Positions 19,885 to 28,470 of a stretch of DNA of 64,000 nucleotides are shown here, piece by piece. Position numbers and translations under genes: made by a program. This DNA is from an uncultured candidate division Zixibacteria bacterium (GTDB lineage Bacteria > Zixibacteria > MSB-5A5 > GN15 > PGXB01). The notes under the pieces were generated by a model. That model was not told the DNA's origin, did not search any database, and worked only from the letters and a program-made list of their open reading frames with translations. Position 1 is the stretch's first letter, and each line of letters begins with the position of its first letter. The stretch lies in the NCBI GenBank assembly GCA_963702205.1, contig OY969724.1, forward strand, positions 517,602 to 581,601, read 5' to 3'.

Positions 19885-19968
19885 CCCCGACCTTGTTGAA
19901 TTTAACAATCGAAATATATGCTGATATACGGCCGATGCGCAACCCATAAATGCTCGCAAAGCGATGGT
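19885..19968 (-). repeat. 84-bp promoter-like module, copy B
   Basis: Same orientation as copy A. On the minus strand it reads TTGCGC, 18 nt, TATATT, about 80 nt upstream of the ATG at 19828. Confidence 0.8.
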
Positions 19969-20004
19969 GATTCCGATCGTCTGTATAATATAGAGGCTAT
20001 AAGT

Positions 20005-20142
20005 ATGACTATAATTAAAGCAATATACAGCCGTGACCGGGCGTTTTTCGATGAATCCCATCGGGTGACAATTTCGACTTTGTCGAAATCAACACCCGAC
20101 GGAACGAGTCATGTTTTCAAATTCGAACCCATTTTGCCGTAA
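20005..20142 (+). CDS. candidate 45-aa small ORF divergent from the islet genes
   Basis: The product is MTIIKAIYSRDRAFFDESHRVTISTLSKSTPDGTSHVFKFEPILP, preceded by TATAAT (19984..19989) and agagg. No family is recognised. Confidence 0.2.
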   Translation: MTIIKAIYSRDRAFFDESHRVTISTLSKSTPDGTSHVFKFEPILP

Positions 20143-20214
20143 GCCAGAGACTATAAACACCTTACAGGTTTTTGTGGATGCCTTAATCTACGATGCAAAT
20201 TAAACAACCTCGCA

Positions 20215-20263
20215 GTCAGGAGCGCCCTTCGCTACACTCAGGACCTTCGGCACGGCTCCTGAC
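20215..20263. repeat. REP-like long hairpin (gtcaggagc...gctcctgac)
   Basis: gtcaggagcgcccttcgctacactcaggaccttcggcacggctcctgac uses the same stem word as 49354..49376 and 17498..17510. Confidence 0.75.
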
Positions 20264-20278
20264 CTGCATGAAGAGTGC

Positions 20279-20313
20279 AAAAAGAAAAAGCGTCGGGAAG
20301 GGATTCCCGACGC
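20279..20313 (-). terminator. rho-independent terminator of the ior-buk-ptb operon
   Basis: On the minus strand, gcgtcgggaa-tccc-ttcccgacgc (10-bp stem) is followed by tttttcttttg, 36 nt after the stop. Confidence 0.75.
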
Positions 20314-20348
20314 CGCTTATTCTTACAATATACGAAAGATTTTAAATG

Positions 20349-21287
20349 CTAATTCCAGACCCCGAAAGCCGCGAGCAGAATTGAGTTCAGGACGTTCTTC
20401 GATGAATCGACCGCCGAGGCTGTCGCGATCGGGACCTTTGCACCCCAGAAAATCGCCCCGGCGTCGGCTTTGACAAATTGCACCATCGCCTTATAGAGAC
20501 CGTTGGCCGTCTCCAGATTCGGCGGCATGAAAATATCGGCCTCCCCCGCCACCGGCGAATTGGTGATCCCCTTGGAGTGAGCGACCTCGGTACTTATCGC
20601 CACGTCGAACGACAGCGGCCCGTCGACCACCACGCCCTTGATCTGCCCGCGGTCGGACATCTTGGCGATAGCGGCTTCCTCCATAGTTACAGGAATTGCC
20701 GGATATATCGCCTCAACCGCCGCCAGAAGCGCCGCACGGGGTTGGTCGATCCCGAATTTGGAAACGTACGATCCGGCTGTACCAAGGATATTAAGCTTTT
20801 TAGCCGCATTGGGCGCGGCGTTGACGGCACCGTCGGTCACGAACATCAACTTTTTGTATCTTGGAGTTTGCATGACACCGATGTGCACTATGGTATCCTT
20901 TTTCGAGGCCAGACCGTTATCGTTATAAATGTATGACACAAAATCGCGCGAGGCGATGTCACCTTTGAGCAGGATATCACACCCGCCCGAGCGCGCCAGT
21001 TCAAAAGCCTTGGACGCTGCTTCGGCGGCGGTAGTACAATCCATAACTTCAAAACCCACGTCGTTCAAGTCCGAGCCGAAGCTGTCTTCGGAGGCGTTGG
21101 CGATAAGAGCGTCTACTTTCGCTTTCGGTCCGAAAAAGATCGGCCTGACCAGCCCCATATCGACCGCCTCGACCACGGCATCGATGTACTTACGATCGGT
21201 CGGCCAGACAACGCCCAATTTGAGCAGGCCCTTTTTGGCGCTCTTTACCTGCCGGGTGAGGTCCGCGTATGATTTAATCGTCTCCAT
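20349..21287 (-). CDS. ptb: phosphate acyl(butyryl)transferase, PTA_PTB family, paralogue 2
   Basis: 312 aa. It is colinear with the upstream paralogue, for example PIFFGP, ILLKGDIASRDF, PRYKKLMFVTDGAVN and PLSFDVAISTE. Confidence 0.8.
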   Translation of the reverse strand: METIKSYADLTRQVKSAKKGLLKLGVVWPTDRKYIDAVVEAVDMGLVRPIFFGPKAKVDALIANASEDSFGSDLNDVGFEVMDCTTAAEAASKAFELARSGGCDILLKGDIASRDFVSYIYNDNGLASKKDTIVHIGVMQTPRYKKLMFVTDGAVNAAPNAAKKLNILGTAGSYVSKFGIDQPRAALLAAVEAIYPAIPVTMEEAAIAKMSDRGQIKGVVVDGPLSFDVAISTEVAHSKGITNSPVAGEADIFMPPNLETANGLYKAMVQFVKADAGAIFWGAKVPIATASAVDSSKNVLNSILLAAFGVWN

Positions 21288-21301
21288 GCTATATCTTCCC
21301 C

Positions 21302-22267
21302 CTACTGCCCGATTCCGCCGGTTTGTTCGTAGTACGCCGCCAGCAGACAGGCGATCGACACCGAGGCTTTTTTGTTGGTTATCGTATCGGTCCGCGATAC
21401 GAGGCTCACCGGCACCCGCGCCCCGACTATCACTCCGGCGAAGACGGCGTCGATAAAATTAATCAGCGCCTTGGCGATGATATTGCACTCTTCGATAGAG
21501 CTGACCAGATAAATATCGGCCTGGCCCGCCACCGGCCCGTCGATTTTTTTCTTCGCGGCGATCTCTTTGGACGTCGCGGCATCGAAAGTCAGCGGCCCCT
21601 GTATTTCGACGTCGGGGTAATTATTCGCCCGCATCTCTTTGACGAATGCAGCGGCTTCGACGGAGGCTGGGACATCGTCGTACACTTTATCGACCGCACC
21701 GGAAACCGCGACTTTGACCGGCGATATCCCCAGCGCTTTGGAGACGTAAACGGCGTTTTCGAGAATCTGGCGCTTCTGATTGCGGCCCGGCTCGACCACC
21801 ATGCCGCCGTCGGTCATCGACAGGAGTTTATCGTAGCCGGGTATATCGAGCACGGCACAGTGCGAAATGGTGTTCTTGGTGCGCAGATTAAATTCTTTAG
21901 CCAGCACGGTCTTGAGAAGCGCCGAGGTCGACACAAAACCTTTCATGACGATATCGGCGCTGCCCTCGGCCGCCATCTTGACGGCGCCATAGGTCGCCTT
22001 AAGGCCGTCGGCTTCGTGAACCACGTCGAGTTTGGAGATATCTATGTTCTCTTTGGACGATATATCTTCGATTTTGCTTTTATCACCGAACAGAGTCGCA
22101 TTGAGAATACCGTCGGCGTTGGCCTGGGCCAGCGCGCTCATGACGGCACCGTCCTGCGCCCCCGCCACGGCGACCATTCGGCAGCGGTCCTCCGCGGCCA
22201 GCGCTTTGGCGGCCTCGATAATCTGCTCCGATGATTTAATCGGCTTGTTTGTGGTAGATACCGGCAT
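21302..22267 (-). CDS. ptb: phosphate acyl(butyryl)transferase, PTA_PTB family, paralogue 1
   Basis: 321 aa with IVMKGFVSTSALLK, LSMTDGGMVVEP and PLTFDAATSKE, typical of phosphate butyryl/acetyltransferases. Confidence 0.8.
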   Translation of the reverse strand: MPVSTTNKPIKSSEQIIEAAKALAAEDRCRMVAVAGAQDGAVMSALAQANADGILNATLFGDKSKIEDISSKENIDISKLDVVHEADGLKATYGAVKMAAEGSADIVMKGFVSTSALLKTVLAKEFNLRTKNTISHCAVLDIPGYDKLLSMTDGGMVVEPGRNQKRQILENAVYVSKALGISPVKVAVSGAVDKVYDDVPASVEAAAFVKEMRANNYPDVEIQGPLTFDAATSKEIAAKKKIDGPVAGQADIYLVSSIEECNIIAKALINFIDAVFAGVIVGARVPVSLVSRTDTITNKKASVSIACLLAAYYEQTGGIGQ

Positions 22268-22278
22268 ATTTGTACCTT

Positions 22279-23346
22279 TTAATATTCTTTGGGTGTTTCG
22301 CGGCCGCTTAGAACCCGCCGCGCTCCAGCCGCGAGCGCCTCCATCTCGAACTCCCCGGGCACGACAACGATATCGCCCAGAAACGAAATGTACTCTTTGA
22401 GTGTACTTATCAACCGCGATGAATTGGCCATGCCGCCGGTCAGGACGACGGCATCGAAATTCCCCTTGAGTACCGCCGCGACCGAGCCGATCTCTTTGGC
22501 GATTTGGTACACCATGGCGTTATAGTACAGCCCGGCTTTTTCGTCGCCGCTTTCGATCATCTCCTCGACTTTACGCAGGTCGGCCTCGCCGAGATAGGCC
22601 TTGAGCCCAGCCTCGCGGGAAAGCTTCGTGGTCAATTCTTTCTCGGTATACTTACCACCGTACGCCAGCTTAACCAGCGCCCCGATCGGCAGCGCTCCGG
22701 CCCGATCGGGCGAGAACGGCCCCATACCGAGGAGGGCGTCGTTGACGTCGATTACTTTGCCGCCATCGAGCGCTGCGACTGACACGCCGCCGCCCATGTG
22801 CACCGCGATATAGCGGCACTGTTCGAGCGTCTTGCCTCGTTTTTCCGATTCCCGTCGGCAGACCTCTTTGATGTTCAAAGCGTGCGAGCGGCATTTACGC
22901 TCTATTTCGGGAAGACCCGATATGCGCGCCAGCAGCGTGAAATTATCTATGGTTATCGGGTCGACTATTACCGCCGGGACGTTATAGCGTCGTCCGAGAA
23001 AATCGGCAATGATGGCGCCGAGATTCGAGGCGTGGTTGCTGTAACGGGCGTTTTTGAGATCGTCGAGCAGCTTTTGATTGATGTTATAGACCCCGCCTTC
23101 GAGGGGTTTGACCGGTGCACCGCGCCCGGCTATGGCCACAACTTTTTTCTCACCGATCTTCTGGCTTTCCAACCACTGGTCGATCTGGGTCATGCGCAGC
23201 TCGAATTGCTCGGCGACGTTGTCGAATTTCGCGAGTTGATCCGACGGATGCGTGACATTTTCCTGGGCGATTTTTTCATTTCCCCGGAAAAGAGCGGTCT
23301 TGGTCGAGGTGGAACCGGGGTTGATTACTATGATGATTTCATCCAT
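22279..23346 (-). CDS. buk: butyrate (short/branched-chain acyl) kinase
   Basis: 355 aa with the ASKHA kinase N-terminus IIVINPGSTSTKTALF, VHMGGGVSVAA and LTGGMANS. Confidence 0.9.
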   Translation of the reverse strand: MDEIIIVINPGSTSTKTALFRGNEKIAQENVTHPSDQLAKFDNVAEQFELRMTQIDQWLESQKIGEKKVVAIAGRGAPVKPLEGGVYNINQKLLDDLKNARYSNHASNLGAIIADFLGRRYNVPAVIVDPITIDNFTLLARISGLPEIERKCRSHALNIKEVCRRESEKRGKTLEQCRYIAVHMGGGVSVAALDGGKVIDVNDALLGMGPFSPDRAGALPIGALVKLAYGGKYTEKELTTKLSREAGLKAYLGEADLRKVEEMIESGDEKAGLYYNAMVYQIAKEIGSVAAVLKGNFDAVVLTGGMANSSRLISTLKEYISFLGDIVVVPGEFEMEALAAGARRVLSGRETPKEY

Positions 23347-23365
23347 ACACCCGTCCCCTTACAGT

Positions 23366-23965
23366 TTAAACCGAGACTTTCGTCGCGGCCAGTTCCTGAC
23401 CCTTGGCGAAAGCGACCAGGTTTATATCCACGAATTTCGGTTTGACGCGCGCTTTGAAAGATTCCTGCCAAATGGCGTTGACGAACTCCAGCCGCGAAGA
23501 AATCACTCCGAGCAACAGCGTGTTGACCAGCCGGATATTGCCCAGCTCAAGGGCAATCTTGTCGGCATCGATGGCGATGACGTTCTTCATCTTCTGGCGC
23601 ATAATCTCGACCGGATTATCCGGGTAAGAAACATCTTTGCCCATCGCACTGGGCGGGATAAGTCTTGTGGTCGAAGTCGCTATCAAACCGTCTTTTTTCA
23701 CCCAGTCCATAGCGCGCAAAGCCTCAGCCTGCTCGAAAGAAATCAGGATGTCGGCGCTGCCGTAGGGGATTATTGGTGAGTACACTTTCGGTCCATACTT
23801 GACGTGCGATGATACCACCCCGCCTCGCTGGGACATCCCGTGCACTTCGCTTTTCTTGGTGTCGTAACCGGCCTTCATGGCGACGTCGGAGAGAATTTCC
23901 GAAGCGAGAAGCACGCCCTGTCCGCCGACACCGACTATCAATATATTGGTCGTTTTATTTTCCAT
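23366..23965 (-). CDS. iorB: indolepyruvate:ferredoxin oxidoreductase beta subunit
   Basis: 199 aa with NILIVGVGGQGVLLASEIL and SEVHGMSQRGG, the pattern of the 2-oxoacid oxidoreductase gamma-type domain. Confidence 0.85.
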   Translation of the reverse strand: MENKTTNILIVGVGGQGVLLASEILSDVAMKAGYDTKKSEVHGMSQRGGVVSSHVKYGPKVYSPIIPYGSADILISFEQAEALRAMDWVKKDGLIATSTTRLIPPSAMGKDVSYPDNPVEIMRQKMKNVIAIDADKIALELGNIRLVNTLLLGVISSRLEFVNAIWQESFKARVKPKFVDINLVAFAKGQELAATKVSV

Positions 23966-23973
23966 CGGTCACC

Positions 23974-25761
23974 TCACTTCACCGTCGCCGGTTGCTCGAC
24001 CGGGACAATCGCTTCGGGTTTACAAACCTGGGCACAGAGAGTACAACCGGTGCACAAAGTGGCGTCGATTAGCGCCTTGGGCAGACCGTTCTCGGCCTTT
24101 TCTTCGGACGGCAAAATCGCCGGGCAGCCGATCCGGAAACAGGCGCTGCAGCCGTTGCAGTCGTCGAGGTTGACGCGGTACGGCCGGTCGATGATGCGCT
24201 TGGGCATCAGGACACAGGCGCGCTGCGTGATAATCACCGACGGCCCGTCTTTGGCGGTTTCTTCTTTGACGACATCAATCGTGCCCTGGTAATCATAGGG
24301 ATCGATTTCTCGGATATTGTTTTCTTCGACGCCCAGCGCCTTGCACAGCTCGGCAAAATTAACCTGCTTGGTTTCCTCACCCATGAGCGTGTGGCCGGTG
24401 GCCGGGTGCTGCTGGCCGCCGGTCATAGCGGTGATGCGGTTGTCGAGAATCATGACGGTTATATTGCTCTTGTTATAGACGGCGTCCAACAGACCGGTTA
24501 TGCCGGAGTGTAAGAAAGTCGAATCGCCCAGCACGGCCACCACGCCGTTCTGCGACGCGCCGACTTTGTCCATGCCGATGGCATTGCCGATCGACGCGCC
24601 CATACAGATACAACTGTCCATAGTCTGCAGCGGCGGCAGGACGCCGAGAGTGTAGCAGCCGATATCGCCGGTCACCGGCAGCTTGAGTTTTCTCAGGGCC
24701 ATGAAGGCTCCGCGATGCGGACAGCCGGGGCACAATATCGGCGGCCTCGGAAACAGCGGTTCCGGTTCGAAATCGGCGCCTTTGGCTTCGCTTAAAAGCC
24801 CGGCTTCTTTCAGGCCGAGGGCGACTTTGTATGGCGACAGCTCGCCCAGCCGCGAGAAGTATTTCTTCCCCTCGATTTTTATCCCGGCGGCGTTGATTAT
24901 TTCCTCGTAGTACGGTTCCAGCTCTTCGACTACCAGCACGTGCTTGTGGGCTTCCACGAATTTTTTAATTTTATCCAGTGGCAGCGGAAAACCGAGACCG
25001 AGTTTGAAACAGTCAGAGTCGGGAATATTGTCTTTGACATACTGGTACGAAATCCCGCCAGTGATGATGCCAATATCCGAGCCGTTGTCTTCGGCGATAT
25101 TAAGATCGGTCTCTTCGGCGAATTTTCTGAGTTTCTCCAACCGTTCCGCTACGACGACGTGCCGCTTCTTGGCGTTGGCCGGAATCATGACGTACTTGGG
25201 CATGTCATGCTCAAACTTGAATTTGGGTGGGTCGATCGGATCGTACAGCTCGACAATCCCCTTCGAGTGCGAAATGCGGGTGGTCAGGCGAAGCATGACC
25301 GGGGTATCGAACTGCTCTGAAATTTCAAGAGCGCGTTTGACGAAATCCTTGGCTTCCTGCGAATCGGACGGCTCCAGAAACGGTATCTGGGCAAACTTGG
25401 CGAAAAAGCGGTTGTCCTGCTCGTTCTGTGAGGAGTGCATCTCGGGATCGTCGGCCGATATGACCACAAACCCGGCCCGCACGCCGGTATAGGCGAAAGT
25501 CATAAACGGGTCGGCCGCGACGTTGAGGCCGACGTGCTTCATTGCCACCAGCGAGCGTCCGCCACCCAGCGAACCGCCGATACCGACTTCGAAGGCCACC
25601 TTCTCGTTGGGCGACCATTCCGAGTAGATCGACTTGTACTGTGCGCCGATGGTTTCGAGAATTTCTGTTGACGGTGTTCCCGGGTAGGCCGAGGCCAGTT
25701 TGACACCGGCTTCATACGCTCCCCGCGCCACCGCTTCATTTCCGGATAGTATTTCTTTCAT
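23974..25761 (-). CDS. iorA: indolepyruvate:ferredoxin oxidoreductase alpha subunit
   Basis: About 595 aa with a TPP-binding region (GDSTFLHSGITGLLDAVYN) and two C-terminal 4Fe-4S motifs (CNGCSACFRIGCP and CTGCTLCAQVC). I prefer the ATG at 25761 over the TTG at 25773. Confidence 0.9.
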   Translation of the reverse strand: MKEILSGNEAVARGAYEAGVKLASAYPGTPSTEILETIGAQYKSIYSEWSPNEKVAFEVGIGGSLGGGRSLVAMKHVGLNVAADPFMTFAYTGVRAGFVVISADDPEMHSSQNEQDNRFFAKFAQIPFLEPSDSQEAKDFVKRALEISEQFDTPVMLRLTTRISHSKGIVELYDPIDPPKFKFEHDMPKYVMIPANAKKRHVVVAERLEKLRKFAEETDLNIAEDNGSDIGIITGGISYQYVKDNIPDSDCFKLGLGFPLPLDKIKKFVEAHKHVLVVEELEPYYEEIINAAGIKIEGKKYFSRLGELSPYKVALGLKEAGLLSEAKGADFEPEPLFPRPPILCPGCPHRGAFMALRKLKLPVTGDIGCYTLGVLPPLQTMDSCICMGASIGNAIGMDKVGASQNGVVAVLGDSTFLHSGITGLLDAVYNKSNITVMILDNRITAMTGGQQHPATGHTLMGEETKQVNFAELCKALGVEENNIREIDPYDYQGTIDVVKEETAKDGPSVIITQRACVLMPKRIIDRPYRVNLDDCNGCSACFRIGCPAILPSEEKAENGLPKALIDATLCTGCTLCAQVCKPEAIVPVEQPATVK

Positions 25762-25971
25762 ATATATTCTCAAATGTTTAGTAATTAAGTTTTCCTGAGC
25801 CTAATTATAACAGAAAGCGCCCGCCGGCGCAACCGGTCGCAACAAGAAATAGAGATTGCCCGAAACAACTGCAGGGTCTATATTAATACACGGAATCGAT
25901 GATTTCTCGTGTGCCAAGAATTCTATACTTTTGACGATAGGCTTGAATTTTAAAATTCATGGGGGAATCAA

Positions 25972-26202
25972 ATGGCGCATTCAGTTTACAAATCAATCGT
26001 CCAAGCTGTTAAGAACGGAATATTAAAGGAGCCATTTAGAGCCGAAGATGTAAAACAAAGTTGTCCCGGATTTGCAGATAGAACCTATTCCAACTTCCTG
26101 CCAAAACATAGGAAGGGAAATCCGACCGATAAGTCAGAATTGTTTGAACAATTACCTTCTGGAGCATATAAATTGATTAGGCCATATAAGTATGGATTAT
26201 AA
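25972..26202 (+). CDS. hypothetical 76-aa protein (AT-rich islet)
   Basis: The SD gggggaatcaa precedes the ATG. The product is MAHSVYKSIVQAVKNGILKEPFRAEDVKQSCPGFADRTYSNFLPKHRKGNPTDKSELFEQLPSGAYKLIRPYKYGL. I can name no family. Confidence 0.45.
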   Translation: MAHSVYKSIVQAVKNGILKEPFRAEDVKQSCPGFADRTYSNFLPKHRKGNPTDKSELFEQLPSGAYKLIRPYKYGL

Positions 26203-26314
26203 TTATTATTAGTGGTGACAAGAAGATTGCTTAATAGCAAATTAGCAAAATTGGGGACTATTTTTTTAAATAATACAATATAAATCTATTAGTCTTCTAG
26301 ACTTTATGCTCGTT

Positions 26315-27103
26315 TCATTTCAAACCATGCGACTTTATCCATTTTTCAATACGAATTTGGGTATTGCTTGAAGACCGCATGGTACGTCTACCTCTTTTCG
26401 TCCCAAGCGCCCACAGGGTTGGACTTAAAAAAAGCATTATCATGCCTAATATTCCCAATACTCTTAAATAAAACATTGGAGTTCCAAAAAGCCCCAGGAT
26501 TATTGCAATTACCAATAAAACAAGACCCACAGCCATTAAGTATTTAATAAGATTTGAGTCCCGAATTTGGGTAATTTTACTTACTCCCTTAATTCGCCCA
26601 TAAATTGAAACATTTTCGTTTGCATCATCCAATATTACGCGTAATTCAAAAGAGTCCTGCGGATTTATTAATGCTGGCTGAAACGTCAAAAGGTTGTTAG
26701 AAACCTCCAAACACATTTCCAAATTAGACGGGGCCACATCTATAATATCCGCGGAGAGGATTTCGTTTTTTTCACCAAAAGCAATGGAAACCGGCTTTAC
26801 AAAATCTTCTACTAGGATTGATTCATTTCCAGAATTTATAAAGTTAAAACGTAAAATGATTGGATTCTTGACAGGTTTGTCATCAAAAAGGATCTTTAAT
26901 CGATCTTTGGTTTGTTTGTTTAAGAAATATAATGGCTCTACGGCTAATACTTCATATGCAAAAGCTTTCTTATTTTTTTGCTTATAATATATGACAATCA
27001 TTGTAATTATTGTAATAACTGCAAGACCACAGTAAATAAGAAATTTGTAGTCAAAAATTATTGGATCTGAATTCATCCTACAATACTCCCGCAAAACAGA
27101 CAA
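26315..27103 (-). CDS. membrane protein of unknown function (N-terminal TM, beta-rich domain, two C-terminal TMs)
   Basis: 262 aa in AT-rich DNA. TM segments are FLIYCGLAVITIITMIVIYY and LMAVGLVLLVIAIILGLFG / VLGILGMIMLFLSPTLWAL. Motifs FNFINSGNESILVEDFV and NPQDSFELRVIL parallel those at 19262..19828. The start could be the internal ATG at 27076. Confidence 0.6.
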   Translation of the reverse strand: MSVLREYCRMNSDPIIFDYKFLIYCGLAVITIITMIVIYYKQKNKKAFAYEVLAVEPLYFLNKQTKDRLKILFDDKPVKNPIILRFNFINSGNESILVEDFVKPVSIAFGEKNEILSADIIDVAPSNLEMCLEVSNNLLTFQPALINPQDSFELRVILDDANENVSIYGRIKGVSKITQIRDSNLIKYLMAVGLVLLVIAIILGLFGTPMFYLRVLGILGMIMLFLSPTLWALGTKRGRRTMRSSSNTQIRIEKWIKSHGLK

Positions 27104-27182
27104 TTCGATTGCGATAAATATATCGTGATTTGTTCACCTATTCAAGCGGAAATTATAGAGCATTGCGGGGTGGTCCGACATT

Positions 27183-28340
27183 CTATGTCGGGGTTCTTAA
27201 GCCAACCGCCGCCTCGTTCGGTATCTTCGTCGCGAAAAACATATCCACCGCCACGATTACCGCTCCGGCAATGAAAGTCACCTGATAGCCGAACAGATTC
27301 CACGCCAGACCGCCGATCACGGGGATTATTATAGCCGTCACGTGGTTCATAGTCATCCCGAACGACAAACAGCCGGTCAGGTCTTCTTCGCTGGCGATTT
27401 TGCGCAGGTAGGACTTAAGCGCTATCGACGACCCAAACAGGGCGTTGTCGATCAGGAAGAAGGCTATCAGCGCCGGCATGAAAGATACATAGGCGTAGCC
27501 GGTGAAGATAAAAACGAGAATGAGCGACGACCCGACCAAAATTACGCGCTCGCCGAACCGATCGCTGATGTGACCGATCAGACGGTGCGTAAAAATAGTC
27601 ACGAAGCTGTTGGCGACGAACACGATTGAAATAATCGCAATCGACAGACCGTGATTTTTGACAAGCAGGAAAATCGCGAAGGTCGTGAAAATGTGGCGGC
27701 GGCAGCCGCGCAGAAAAGACAGAGTATAGTACAGCCAGTATTTTTTCTTGGGCCTGGCGCGGCGCAGCTCGCCGATGCCCCGGTTGACCGGAAGGGCGAT
27801 CAACAAGTAGAGACCAACCAGGCAAATCGCTCCACCGAGGATATAAAACGCTATCCGGTAGTCGAAGGCGAAAGTCAGGCTCAAAACGAGCACCCCGGCC
27901 GCCAGTCCGGCCATCGACTCGAACGACAGGTATTTTCCCTGTATGTTTCCGTACTGCCCCTGTTTGGCCAGCAAGAGCAGCTGCGATGAATTGCTGGGCT
28001 CGAAATAATGAAATCCCAGCGACATCAGGAAAGTGGCCGCACCCAATAAAACCAGCGACGGCGACGCACCGGTCAGGATCAGACCGAGGGCCATGACAAC
28101 TATCGAGGCGGCCGCCAGCTTCGACTCGGAAAACCTCAGCGCCAACGCCCCGACTCCGAAGGCCAGAAAGCCCGGGATCTCCCGGACGGCCTGAATGATG
28201 CCGATATCGGTGGCGGAAGCGTTAAAAGTCTCCACCGCGAAATTATTGAACATAATCCGCCAGATAAGAAAACCGATATATAAAGTAATATTGGAGAACG
28301 TAAGCGTCGCGAAGGTGATTTTCTTGATCCCGAGAGGCAT
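27183..28340 (-). CDS. MFS transporter
   Basis: 385 aa with about 11-12 hydrophobic helices and an MFS-like loop (GHISDRFGERVILV). Confidence 0.8.
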   Translation of the reverse strand: MPLGIKKITFATLTFSNITLYIGFLIWRIMFNNFAVETFNASATDIGIIQAVREIPGFLAFGVGALALRFSESKLAAASIVVMALGLILTGASPSLVLLGAATFLMSLGFHYFEPSNSSQLLLLAKQGQYGNIQGKYLSFESMAGLAAGVLVLSLTFAFDYRIAFYILGGAICLVGLYLLIALPVNRGIGELRRARPKKKYWLYYTLSFLRGCRRHIFTTFAIFLLVKNHGLSIAIISIVFVANSFVTIFTHRLIGHISDRFGERVILVGSSLILVFIFTGYAYVSFMPALIAFFLIDNALFGSSIALKSYLRKIASEEDLTGCLSFGMTMNHVTAIIIPVIGGLAWNLFGYQVTFIAGAVIVAVDMFFATKIPNEAAVGLRTPT

Positions 28341-28470
28341 AACCGTAGTAAAATAATAAATATAATGCGGGATGGCCGTGTAAATATCGTTTCATCTATA
28401 AAAAAACAGGCCAAAAGAGCGGTTGACTGATAAAGACCGGCTTTGGTATATTCAGGAAAAAGGAAAATAT

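Noticed and set aside
19104-19968. Integron attC interpretation of the 84-bp modules flanking the 189-aa gene cassette
   Set aside because: One copy contains GTTGAAT (fits GTTRRRY). However, the element has no complementary RYYYAAC partner at the opposite end, no extended R''/L''-L'/R' pairing, and no intI nearby. A shared promoter module fits better.
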